Below are positions 35,301 through 45,756 of a DNA stretch of 64,000 bases, piece after piece. The stretch is taken from positions 248,001 to 312,000 of the forward strand of contig OW569361.1 of the NCBI GenBank assembly GCA_937625935.1, in the 5' to 3' direction. The position numbers were made by a program, and so were the translations under genes. This DNA comes from Tetramitus jugosus (Eukaryota > Protista > Heterolobosea). The notes beneath the pieces were generated by a model. It did no database searches and was not told where the DNA came from. It saw nothing but the letters and a program-made list of their open reading frames with translations. Position 1 is the stretch's first letter; each line of letters starts with the position of its first letter.

Positions 35301-37001
35301 TATAATGCCTTTTGGTCGTTAAGCATATATGATATATTCGTACCAGTTCAAACATACAATGATAAATTGCAAGAAATAGCTCACGAGTGTGAAGCTGCCA
35401 AGATTGCCTCCAGCCAACAAGGTAAGAGAAAAGAGTTAGAGAAACTGGAGACCACAGCGGCACGTTTGCGAGAGGAGATGCAAGCACAAAACGAAAATCA
35501 TCAACGAGTACTTGAGTTGATACGAGCAAAGAAGGACAAATTCTTCCAAGGATTTGATGAAAATCTAGTTCATCGAGAGTTTATGACCTATTTCTGTCAA
35601 TACTGTATAATTCCAAGATTAACGATGAGTAGTACGGACGCCCTGTATTGCGCTAAGTTTTTGGAGCTTGTCCATTCAGAAGAGTTGCCAATGTTCAATA
35701 CTGTGGAGTACCTATCTGTTGTACTAAGTCGGTTAGTTCCTTCGTATTTAGTGTGCGCGACAGAGCAGGAATCACGACGTTTGGCGACCTTGCTACTATC
35801 CAGTTTTATAATGATAGAAAAGTGGATATCATCCGAGGACCAATTCAAACAACAATGCGACAAAATTGGATTCAAGCGCGATTCTACGACAAACGACAGG
35901 GTGAATTTCAAGGAGTTTACCTCAAAGATTCTACCATCAATTCACACTGCTTGCACAAACAAGTTCGTATTCTATTTAACGAGTGGGCAACACAACTATA
36001 CCAGAAATTGCTTGATTGTGGGACTTATTTTGGGCAATGCTGCTGTATTTCCAAAATACAAACGACATGCGTTGGAGCTGCTTGCCCCAGTTGAAAAATT
36101 GAAGGATGATGCATATGATGACATTAACTCTCCAGCAAAACGATATTACAGCATTCTTGCTGATTTAGAGAAGAAACTACAAGAAGAGCCTGCACCACCT
36201 CCCATTCCAAGCGCTCCTCAAATTGTGAGTAAGGCTACGCCACTGGCTCCAGAAATCACAAAAGAAGATACAAAATCTTTGAACCCAGAGGCTGTGCCAT
36301 TCTATCCTACACCACCAACATCTCAACCCTCTGAACCTCGAGTTAAGGGAGAAACTAACGAGCAGCCGCCTCCACCTCCACCAAAGCAAGAACAGTCTGC
36401 GGCTGATGAGCTTCGCAAAAAACTGCAAGAATCAATCCTTCAAAAGGACACCAAGGAGAAGAAGAAGGACACACGCAGAGAGAGCAAGGGAGAAGGAGAC
36501 ATGCGCAGGGATCGCTCAAAGCGTGGTAGAGATTCTATGGAGGGTGACAATGCACCACGGGATAGTCGAAGAGACAGCCGTGACTCGCGAGACAACAGAG
36601 ATAATCGGGATAGCAGAGATAACAGAGATGGTAGAGACAGTAGAGATGGTAGAGACAACAGAGATCGTACCAAGGACTTCCAGAAGCCTCAAACAGAGCG
36701 ATCTGACAGAGATAGAAAGAGCGATGATCGTCGAAGTGGTGGTAGAGACAATAGAGACAATAGAGAGTTCAGAGACAACCGGGACAGCAGAGACAGCCGA
36801 GGCACAAAGAGAGACAGAGACAATCAACAAGACAATCCGTCGAGCGGCTCGAAAGATTCAAGCAGAGACAGCAAAAGAAGAAGAGATGATCAAGACATTT
36901 CCTCAAGAGAATCAAGAGACGACACCCATGCATCATACAACAACGACAGCAGTGGCTCCAAGAAGGACCGTAAACGCATTCGTCGTCCAGAAATCAAATA
37001 A
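32315..37001 (+). CDS. THOC2: THO complex subunit 2 (2 exons)
   Basis: YQQKRYNLFNEETEGYSKLITEL, SLIGYFDLDPNRV, KRLSKEN, FWSLSIYDIFVP and an RD-rich tail. Intron 33064-33139. Confidence 0.95.
36560..36825 (+). repeat. Degenerate 9-bp coding tandem repeat (RDN/RDS/RDG) in the THOC2 tail
   Basis: AGAGACAAC/AGAGATAAT/AGAGATGGT/AGAGACAGT units encoding an Arg-Asp-x repeat. Confidence 0.75.
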
Positions 37002-37122
37002 AGCTTTATTCCCCTTCGAGAGTCAGATTGACGACCGACAATCAAATCCACCAAAGGATAACAAACAACAACAAAAACCAAAAACTGAACAACAACATAA
37101 CAGCATCACGGACAAAACGAAC

Positions 37123-39578
37123 ATGACGGACAATGGTTCCTCACCTCTCTTCTCATTCAAAACGATTAAAAAGTTGGGTCAAGGAGGTCAAGGCAGCGTA
37201 CTTCTCGTCCAACAACAGAAGCAACAACAAAGCAATCAACCATTATCGTCGTCGTCATCATCATCATTACTGCCACAACAACAACAACAAAGCCATCAAC
37301 AATTGTTTTTTGCATTGAAACGCATCCCTTGTCCCACACTCTCTCACTTGAACACTGCACTGTTAGAGGTGCAGAGTGTGCTTCAAATCAAGCACGAACA
37401 CGTGGTTCGCTGTCATCATTTTTTCATTGAGAATGACATCAATAACAACAATAACAATTTATCATCATCATCTTGTTCTTATCGGTTGAGTATCCTGTAC
37501 GAGTATTGTGAAAGAGGAAATTTGATGAATGAGATTGATCGGGCAAGAGCTGTACAATTGAACTTTAACAAGAATAACAAGAATAATAACAACAATAATA
37601 TCAGTAATAATAATAATAATAACAATACTAGTAGTAGTAGTGAGAGTCAAAAGTCGTCGAGTCAAAAGAATGGTGGAATACTGGATCGTTCATTGATATT
37701 CAAGTGGATGTTACAAATTTCGAAAGCCGTGGCTCATTTGCATGCCAATTCCATCGTTCATCGAGATTTGAAGCCGCACAACTTGTTTCTTACGGCGGCA
37801 CGTGATGTCAAGATTGGAGACTTTGGATTTGCAAAGACATTGCTCGAGAGTGACTATGCGAATTCTGTTCTGGGTTCTCAGAGCTATCTCGCACCTGAAA
37901 TACGATCACAAATACCCTATAATCACAAGGTGGATTGCTGGGGAATTGGTGCCATCTTTTTGGATTTGTTGTTGCCAAAGACGTGCGATTTTGCATACGA
38001 GTATGGAGTGAATCGGACATCAATGCTCGAAACAATTGAGAAGCGATATGATCGTGATATGGTTCGGTTGGTGGAACAAGTGGTGGTGCACGACCTCGAG
38101 AAGAGATTAGATGCAGCTCAGATTGCCGAGTTGTTTGAAAGAGCGTACATGCAATCATTTCGCTTGACACCTAATTCTGTTGTTCTTGGAGATAATAGTA
38201 CTGAAGGCTCCCAGTTAACAGAATCATCTCTCATTCTATCATCGTCGCCATCAGGAGAAGAAAAATCATCTATTGACTGGAATTCTCCATCACCTATTCA
38301 GAATTCGTGCAGTCCCAATGAGATAACTATATTGAAGGAGGAACTCACACGCCTGACATTGCGATGCCTTGAGCTGGAGAGAATGAACGAGGAGAAAAAT
38401 ATAGAACTTTTCTTCAGTCAGAAGAGACTGAAGGAATTGGAGGAAGAAATATCATCGCCAACGAGTGCGGAGTCCACCAAAAGTAACAGCTTTAAGTTGT
38501 TTAGCTTAAAGAAGAATTCTAACAACTCTTTGATACCGGCAAAAGAGCTAACTAATGTACATAAAGCTGACTTTTTTGGAGCATTCTTTGCACTGACGAA
38601 TGCAACTTGGAAATCAAAGGAATACAATTGTGAAATATCGGTCATTTTGGTATGTAGTTTCTTTTCTTTCCACTCTTTCAATCGTGGACTCTAAGAATGC
38701 TAACTGTACTCTTTTAGAAATCTCCTCACTATCTACCGGGGGATGCATACACGCTGGATCAATTCAAGGACATTGTCAAATACAATCAATTGATTGAACT
38801 GAAACATCCAAACGTAAGTATCATTTGATCGCTGATGCTCATTTTTGTATTGCTATGAATCACGCGAAATTAACCCGATTAACCCTTGACTCGCTTAGTT
38901 GGAAAGAGTTTATGGTGTAGTGGAACTTGATAAGCGGTATCATGTTGTGTCCGAGTTATTGAAGAGTAACTTGCACACCTTTCTGTTAAATCATAACAAT
39001 AGATTGTGTCTGGATGACAAAATTCGAATTGTTCTTGATGTGGCAGAAGGACTGCTGTATCTTCATGAGAATGGATATGTGCACACTGTGCTAAAGACAC
39101 CTTCGATATGCTTCGACAACAAACAGAGAGCAAAATTGACCAGTTTGCATTTTGCCAAGCAAGTTGACAAGGCTACTATCAAATCGTTCAAAGCTGTCGA
39201 ACCAAGAATGAAATCACCAGAACTAATAACCGGCAACTTCACGAATCCTTTTGTTGTTGAGATTTATTGCTTTGCTTTCATTATGTGGGAGGTATTGTAC
39301 AGGAAGAAACCGTATGATAATGTGACCTCCCTCAAGATATCAGATATTGTTACACAGGTAAGTTTTTATGATGTAATATCCACATTGTTTCCACGAAGCT
39401 AACCCAACAATCAATCCTATTTTAGCACCTTCGCCCTGCCATTCAGGAACCAATCGGCTCACCGAAAGAACAAGCCTACGTCGAGCTGATGAAGATGTGT
39501 TGGAGTAGTGATTCTCTTGCCAGGCCGTCCCTTCGGTACATTGTATACCAGCTCAATCAAATGTTACAACAAGACTAA
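37123..39578 (+). CDS. Dual kinase-domain protein: N-terminal NEK-like kinase, coiled coil, C-terminal TKL-like pseudokinase (4 exons)
   Basis: Domain 1 is intact: LGQGGQG, ALK, HRDLKPHN, DFG, YLAPE. Domain 2 is degenerate: HTVLKTPSI, TSLHF, KSPE, EIYCFAFIMWEV, CWSSDSLARP. Introns 38650-38717, 38814-38898 and 39358-39425. Confidence 0.85.
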
Positions 39579-39603
39579 CAATTCTCTCAAAAACCTAATA
39601 TCC

Positions 39604-40455
39604 TTAATTTATTTTCTCCTTTTGTTTGGAGCTTCGTTTCTTGGTTGTCGAAGGAGGCGGGGATGGCTGTCTTCCAAAACGAGCTACTACCTGTTGTATA
39701 AACAGATGCAAGAAGTGCGCAATGAATACCACTCTAACAAGTAGCTCTGGGCTAATGTTCACAGTTGAAAACAAGGTGCTCCACATGTCGGACTCCTTGC
39801 TCATGAAACTGTGCAAGTCAAGCACATAAAAGCTCTCTGTTCCATAAAACACCTTGGAGACATAATAAAAGATGGACAACACCAAAGACAACTTGGTGGT
39901 GAGTGATGGATCACTCAACTCAGAGCTCGCCTTACTTGCTCCTGAGTGCACGTACTGATTGACCAGAAAGGTACCAAGAACTGAGCCACCAACCATTGAC
40001 AGCATTGCAAACAATACAGGAATGACGAAAGAGTTTGGATAGAGCTCCAATCCGGCACTTACAGCATCCATGACAATATTGGCACAGAACAATCCCTCAA
40101 TCATGTAGGCAATCATCTCAAATGGTACGAAATGAGATGTGAGCTTGTGCACGATTCCAAATGGAGAGTAGAGAACCAAGATCCAAACCACGAGATAATA
40201 CAGAATGTAAATGTCACTTGCCAACAAAAATTGTGAATTTCCAAGGAAAAGATCTGTGATCAGAGCTCCTCCTAGACCAGAGCACACCATGTACAACAAT
40301 CCCATCAAAAATGGAACGTCGTTGCCAGAGTTTGAACCCAATGATTGAAAAAGTCGAAGAGTGGCATTGGCATTCAAGAATGCATGATTCAGATAAAAAA
40401 GTCTAAATACAGATTGTTTGTCCAAGTGATACAGAGAATGCAATAGATTAAACAT
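39604..40455 (-). CDS. TMEM38: Trimeric intracellular cation channel (TRIC/TMEM38) family protein
   Basis: Two GG-containing repeats (SGLGGALITDLFLG; SMVGGSVLGTFL), multiple TMs, and a basic tail ending KEKIN (KxKxx). Confidence 0.75.
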   Translation of the reverse strand: MFNLLHSLYHLDKQSVFRLFYLNHAFLNANATLRLFQSLGSNSGNDVPFLMGLLYMVCSGLGGALITDLFLGNSQFLLASDIYILYYLVVWILVLYSPFGIVHKLTSHFVPFEMIAYMIEGLFCANIVMDAVSAGLELYPNSFVIPVLFAMLSMVGGSVLGTFLVNQYVHSGASKASSELSDPSLTTKLSLVLSIFYYVSKVFYGTESFYVLDLHSFMSKESDMWSTLFSTVNISPELLVRVVFIAHFLHLFIQQVVARFGRQPSPPPSTTKKRSSKQKEKIN

Positions 40456-40680
40456 GTGTGCGAGATCTCGAGTTTTTTTGGTTTTTGTTTTTGACAAAAT
40501 CTCGCTTTTTTTCCACTTCGGCTGATATCTTCGATGGCGCTTGTTTCCATGCGCAAAGGACTTGCATTCAGTCTCATATTATCCAACCATAGGTCGATGT
40601 TAGTGAACATGCTGATCTGCAGTGATGGACTCAAGGTGCTCGTAAATTGTAGAAATGTGGAAATTTTCTAAAAATATATC

Positions 40681-40753
40681 GGGGGCGTGGCTCAGTTGGT
40701 AGAGCGCTTCCTTAGCATGGAAGAGGTCCTGGGTTCGATTCCCGGCGCCTCCA
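40681..40753 (+). tRNA. tRNA-Ala(AGC)
   Basis: GGGGGCG TG GCTC AGTTGGTA GAGC G CTTCC TTAGCAT GGAAG AGGTC CTGGG TTCGATT CCCGG CGCCTCC A, with the G3:U70 identity pair and TTTT downstream. Confidence 0.96.
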
Positions 40754-40926
40754 CGATCTTTTGCGCGGTTAAATCACCAATTCTGCTTTTTTCGATTCTG
40801 TTGGTCAGTTGATACTGGATGGAACTTGTTGGTATGTAAGGAAGGATTCATGGACGTCTGAGGTTTTTTGACCGAGGACAAAACAGTTGCTCGGTTCTGA
40901 TAAATTTTTTAGTGTCCATAACACAT

Positions 40927-41922
40927 TTATTGTTGCTTGCACTCTTGTTGATCACCACTGGCTGGTGCTGCACCTCCGAATTGAGCTGGAGCCTTCTTTC
41001 CGCCCTTCTTCTTTGGTGGGGCTTCTTCTTCCTCTTCCTCTTCTTCGTCATAGTCTCCAGCGAGCATATCCTCATCAAACATCATTTCATCATCCAAGCT
41101 GATGAGTCCCAAGTAGTAGTCAACAGCACGAGGAATGATTTGTTCCTTCAAGATGGAAGCCAATTGGTCATCACCGGCAATGTTTTGAACTTCAGCGTCC
41201 TCATCCTCTTCTTCTTCAACGGTTCTTGAACCAAAGAAGTTGAAGAAGCTTTCACATGGAACAACACTGGTGACAGCTTGAGCAGCACCCTTCTTCTTTC
41301 CTCCTCTCTTGACAGTCTTCTTCTCAACAGTCAAATTCTTCTCTTGACTCTTCCAGTTGATGGTGCAACCATCAGCCTTTCCTTCTATCACTTCACCAGA
41401 CTTGTCATAGTACAGTGTTTGAGTCAATTCAGTGTTGGAAAAGTATGGATTCTCAGAGAAGGTAAAGGTCAAAGTGAATCCACCGATTGGAGCTTCTTCT
41501 TCTTCTTCAACAGAAATCTCCTTGTCCTTGGCAGTAAAGGTCTTTGATGAAATGTTGGTCAAGTATTGAAGTGCGTCCATATCTCTCTCAGCAACAACAT
41601 CTTGCAACTCACTTTGCATCAAAACGTTTCTCCAAAAGGTTGGCACACCTTGGTCAATGACCTTGGTTCTCTCACTCAAAACTGGAGCATACAATGCTTC
41701 GTACTTGAGTTGCAATTGGAAGAGTTCTTCGTGGAACTTGTTGGCAATCTCGTCATACTTGTCTTGGAGTGTGCTGAGCTCCTTGATCTTTGGTTGAACT
41801 TCTTCTGGCAATGAGGCAATGGCTTGTTCTTTCAGTTGCTTCATGTCAATGATAAGTTCTTCACCTTCTTCTCCAGCAGCGGCGTTAGCGTCAAAATTGA
41901 ATGCGAATTGTGGTTGAGCCAT
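40927..41922 (-). CDS. NAP1: Nucleosome assembly protein 1
   Basis: GVPTFW, FTFSENPYFSNTELT, GCTINWK, ESFFNFF, IIPRAVDYY, acidic tail and C-terminal CKQQ prenylation motif. Confidence 0.95.
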   Translation of the reverse strand: MAQPQFAFNFDANAAAGEEGEELIIDMKQLKEQAIASLPEEVQPKIKELSTLQDKYDEIANKFHEELFQLQLKYEALYAPVLSERTKVIDQGVPTFWRNVLMQSELQDVVAERDMDALQYLTNISSKTFTAKDKEISVEEEEEAPIGGFTLTFTFSENPYFSNTELTQTLYYDKSGEVIEGKADGCTINWKSQEKNLTVEKKTVKRGGKKKGAAQAVTSVVPCESFFNFFGSRTVEEEEDEDAEVQNIAGDDQLASILKEQIIPRAVDYYLGLISLDDEMMFDEDMLAGDYDEEEEEEEEAPPKKKGGKKAPAQFGGAAPASGDQQECKQQ

Positions 41923-42118
41923 TTGATCGTTTGTTTTTTGTTGTTGGGTTGTTCGTTGGTTTGGTTTGGTTTGTTCAAGCTTTTTTTTCCCCCTTCTCGG
42001 CGTGTGTGGAAAGAGCTTTTTCGTGTGTAAGTTGGTTGCAGCTTCAATTTTTTTGTGCAGTTCAAGCTTGGAGAATCGCACCCAAATGTATGGGGCGACT
42101 AAAGTTTATTACCACGAA

Positions 42119-42822
42119 CTAGTCTGATAAGATTTCTGGAAGTACGGATCTGAAAGTCAATGAGACTCTTCTGTACGTTGGCTCCCTTCTGAACCACTTT
42201 TCCTCTGTTTCTTCCGTACCGAGATCACTGTGCTTGATTGGATTTTGCTTTGGTATTTCGTGCTGCCAATCATATCTTGCTTCACCAGAAAGTACTAGTA
42301 GTGAATTTGGCTTCAACATTACACTGGCTTCTCTTCCGGTGAGCTTTCTAGTTGTGTGTTGATTTTCGTTTCTTGCACCAACGATCTTGTTCCATTCCAC
42401 ATGCTCAAATTCATAGAACACAAAGGGACATGGTTCCAGCAATGACAATGAAACGACAGTTTCTCCAAAGTAATCTGTCCTATCTAGATGTCTGGTAATT
42501 CCTTGAGATCCAATATATTCATTAATAATCATATTTTGGATTGGTGTTTCTCCGTACAACGGTTGTATTCTCTCCAACAAAAATGACAATTGACCAGGAA
42601 AGGGACAAATTGCGATTTGTCTGTTCTGAGTTGCTTTGAAGCAAAATTATATGTATATCCATATTGTTGTGTCAATCGTTTCATACTGGTATTGTCCGTC
42701 ATTTCGTGACTCACCCATTCTTGACTGTCTTCCCTCGTAGTTTGGGTTAGCTGACCTAGACTAGACATACATCCAGTTGTCAATTAGAATCTCAAGTTCC
42801 AAAGATACCCCGCCATGTACTT
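42119..42822 (-). pseudogene. AlkB-family 2OG-Fe(II) dioxygenase, frameshifted
   Basis: QQYGYTY, INEY..GQ-like (INEYIGSQGITRHLD), GEARYDWQHEI and RRVSLTFR are intact. However, the frame breaks at about 42598 (CCT TTC CTG GTC where P-F-P-G-Q-L-S is expected), and probably again near 42800. Confidence 0.65.
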
Positions 42823-42887
42823 AACCGACCTCGCACAAACACGCCCAGAAAGAAAATCAACATCCACACGCACAAAACAACTGTAAC

Positions 42888-44327
42888 ATGAAATCTTTCC
42901 ACAACAAGGTCAACAATCTCACAAAGGGTCTTACACCAGAGAACTACACCCGAAGCTATGCCAACGTTTATGAGCATCGTGGTGATTTCAGTCACATTCT
43001 CTCTCAATTGACCTATCAGCACTCTGATACGGTTCAACAGTACTACAAGAGACCTGTCGTAGAAATCGAAGCCACCTATCTCATTCAATTGCCGATACCC
43101 GATGTGGCTGACAGTCTCAAAATTTTTGGTGATGTGCATCCCAATCGATGCATACCGTTGATTCTGACAGTCAACAAGCGATGGAGAGACTTGTGGTGCA
43201 GTGTTCCAAAAGGAGTCAAGGCCATGTACACTAGATGGGGTAAATATGAGGGATACTTTGAAGAGGGATTTCACTTGTTGTTGCCTGGAACGAGAATTTC
43301 CTGGATTGTGACCGAGGGATACGTTCCGTTTGATATTACAATCAAGTTGTGTCCTACGTTGGACAATGTCATGGTCAAGATTGATATTATGATTGTGTTC
43401 CGTATTGTGGACTGTGCCAAGTTTGTGTTCAATCTGGGGCCATACAAACTCAATGATATATTTTGTGCGTTTTTGGAAGAGTCGATTCGTTCTTTGGCCA
43501 GAAGTGTAACGTATGATGAGGTGTATGAACTGAGAGGAAAGAATTTGGAATCGATGAAGAGATCACTGAATGAGAAATTGATGGACGATTATGGTGTTGA
43601 GATTGAAGATGTGAACATTACGAACGTAATGTTGCCATTGTTGTTGCAAGATGTGATGCAAAGAGACACTGGATACGAATCGAAGGAGAATTGTCAAAAA
43701 CAAGCCCAATCCTATGGATTGCTCGTAGCAAACAACGCTGCCGAGGGAGAGTATGTCACCTTGTCCAGAAAGAATGAAACGCTAGCAATGGAAGAAGAAG
43801 CCAAGAGAACTAGACTTTTCATCGCGAAGGAATGTGACGAGATTATCGCCCTGAATAACAAAAGACTCGCTGAGATTCAAGTTGAAGGTGCTGGTGAGTG
43901 CGAGAGAATCAAGTTTGAATCCGAGAGCAAGGAGGCAGAATTCCTTGGTGAAAAGGAAAAGTTGCTCGCAACAATGAGAGCAGAGGGTGTCAAGACGGCA
44001 GCAATTATTAAGGCTGAGGCAGATGCCTATGCCATGGTGAGAAAGTCCAAGGCCATGAGTGATGTTGCCAATCTTAAGGCCCAAGCAATTACAATTGTCG
44101 CTGATGCAGAGGCAAAACACTTCAAGTCACTTGAACAGAAGCGTAAGTTTGAACTATTGAAGAAGAGAACACAAATACTCGAAGCTCTTGCCAACAATAA
44201 GAACGTGGTCGTCACATCCAACACCAAGGATGATCGTTTCCAAATATGGTCAGGCCTGGATGGCAATAATGCTACCTTTAGACCAATACTCCCTGCCAGT
44301 CAACCATCCAAGGCAAGAGCAACCTAA
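42888..44327 (+). CDS. SPFH/Band 7 (stomatin/prohibitin) domain protein with coiled-coil tail
   Basis: SVPKG...RWGKY...EGFHLLLP, CPTLDNVMVKID, YGVEIEDVNITNVMLP and AEA-rich coils. Confidence 0.88.
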   Translation: MKSFHNKVNNLTKGLTPENYTRSYANVYEHRGDFSHILSQLTYQHSDTVQQYYKRPVVEIEATYLIQLPIPDVADSLKIFGDVHPNRCIPLILTVNKRWRDLWCSVPKGVKAMYTRWGKYEGYFEEGFHLLLPGTRISWIVTEGYVPFDITIKLCPTLDNVMVKIDIMIVFRIVDCAKFVFNLGPYKLNDIFCAFLEESIRSLARSVTYDEVYELRGKNLESMKRSLNEKLMDDYGVEIEDVNITNVMLPLLLQDVMQRDTGYESKENCQKQAQSYGLLVANNAAEGEYVTLSRKNETLAMEEEAKRTRLFIAKECDEIIALNNKRLAEIQVEGAGECERIKFESESKEAEFLGEKEKLLATMRAEGVKTAAIIKAEADAYAMVRKSKAMSDVANLKAQAITIVADAEAKHFKSLEQKRKFELLKKRTQILEALANNKNVVVTSNTKDDRFQIWSGLDGNNATFRPILPASQPSKARAT

Positions 44328-44572
44328 ACTATTGTATCAGTAAATTCAAACTTTGTGCTTTGTCATCATCTTGTTGGCAGCCTTGAGGAATTCCTTACAA
44401 ACCCCCCTCACCCTCGGACAAAGAACAATGGATCGGCCATCAGACCATCCAAGTCGGCGAATTTCAACCAGAATGCAAAAGAGTCACCAATATCTGCGCC
44501 ACAACTCACCAAAAAAATCATCCCACTTTGACACCCAAACAAGAACGAACAAACAACACAAATTTAATTTAT

Positions 44573-45442
44573 ATGTCATCGAATAACAACAACAACAGAC
44601 CGCCACAACAACCACAAAAACCACTCGTCGAATATGTTCTCAAAATTCTGGTCGTCGGGGAAGTAGGAGTCGGAAAAACTTCGGTGCTCAAGCGGTATGC
44701 ACACTCGCAGGCTGTTGGACCATATAAACCAACGATTGGTGTTGATTTTGTTATGAAAGTGATCCAATGGGATGAGAACACGATTGTAAAATTACAGCTA
44801 TGGGACATTGCAGTATGTTTGTTTTTTACTGTATTTTCATTTGAGAGAGGATTCGGACTTTGCAGTAGTGCTTTTTGTGTGTCATGTGTTCTTGCTTTTG
44901 AAATGTTTGACTATGGTGTGAGACTCACACATTGACCATCTACTCTCTATCTCTAAAAGGGACAAGAACGATTCGGTGGAATGACACGTGTATATTATAA
45001 GGAAGCTGTTGGTGCAATTGTTGCGTTTGATGTAACAAGAGTACAGACATTTGAAGGCGTTGCAAAATGGAAGACTGATATCGATTCAAAAGTGTTTCTG
45101 CCACAGGATGACGCACCTATACCTTGTGTTCTGATTGCAAACAAGTGTGATCTGACACCGAATTATTTGAGACCAAAAGACGAAATGGACCAATATTGTT
45201 CGAACAATGGATTTATTGGATGGTTCGAAACGAGCGCAAAGGAAAATAGAAATATTGATGCGTCGATTCGATTTCTCGTAGAGGGTGTCATGGCGCGAAA
45301 TGTGCGGCCCATTCGACATGAACCACAACCGCAACAGCAAGACACGCTCACATTGACTGATTATCATTATTCACAAATGGGAAATAATGCCAATAAGAAA
45401 AATGGGACCACTTGTTGCGGTGGCGGTGCTGCTGCCAATTAA
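44573..45442 (+). CDS. RAB32: Rab32/38-like small GTPase (2 exons)
   Basis: GEVGVGKTS, TIGVDF, WDIAGQERFGGMTRVYYKEAVGA (Rab32/38 signature), NKCD, ETSAK and CC near the C-terminus. Intron 44813-44959 ends in AAG. Confidence 0.9.
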
Positions 45443-45756
45443 TTTCATCATTGCATCTTGTATTGATGAGAATATGTTAATGCTTCGAAAGAAGTGTACG
45501 AGTTTTTACACTCAGATAGCGATGGAGTGATATTGTTGATATAGCTCGGACTGTCACTCCATACGCTACCAAACCAACCAAACAAATAAAGTAAATAAGT
45601 TCATCCAACCCTTCAAGTTGAACTCGATTCTCAGTGTCACCACCATATTCGAAGCGAACGAACAAATTCCGATCACAAAAAGAACACGTTCCCAAAAACC
45701 CAAAAAACACAAGAACACAACAAAGCTTGAATCCTCAAAAAACAACCCCAAATGTC

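Noticed and set aside
36406-37122. Alternative frame overlapping the THOC2 tail that stays open into the downstream kinase (762-aa ORF)
   Set aside because: The purine-rich RD repeat contains few T bases, so stops are rare by chance. The kinase has its own ATG at 37123 after a typical A/C-rich leader. No slippery site or splice signal was seen.
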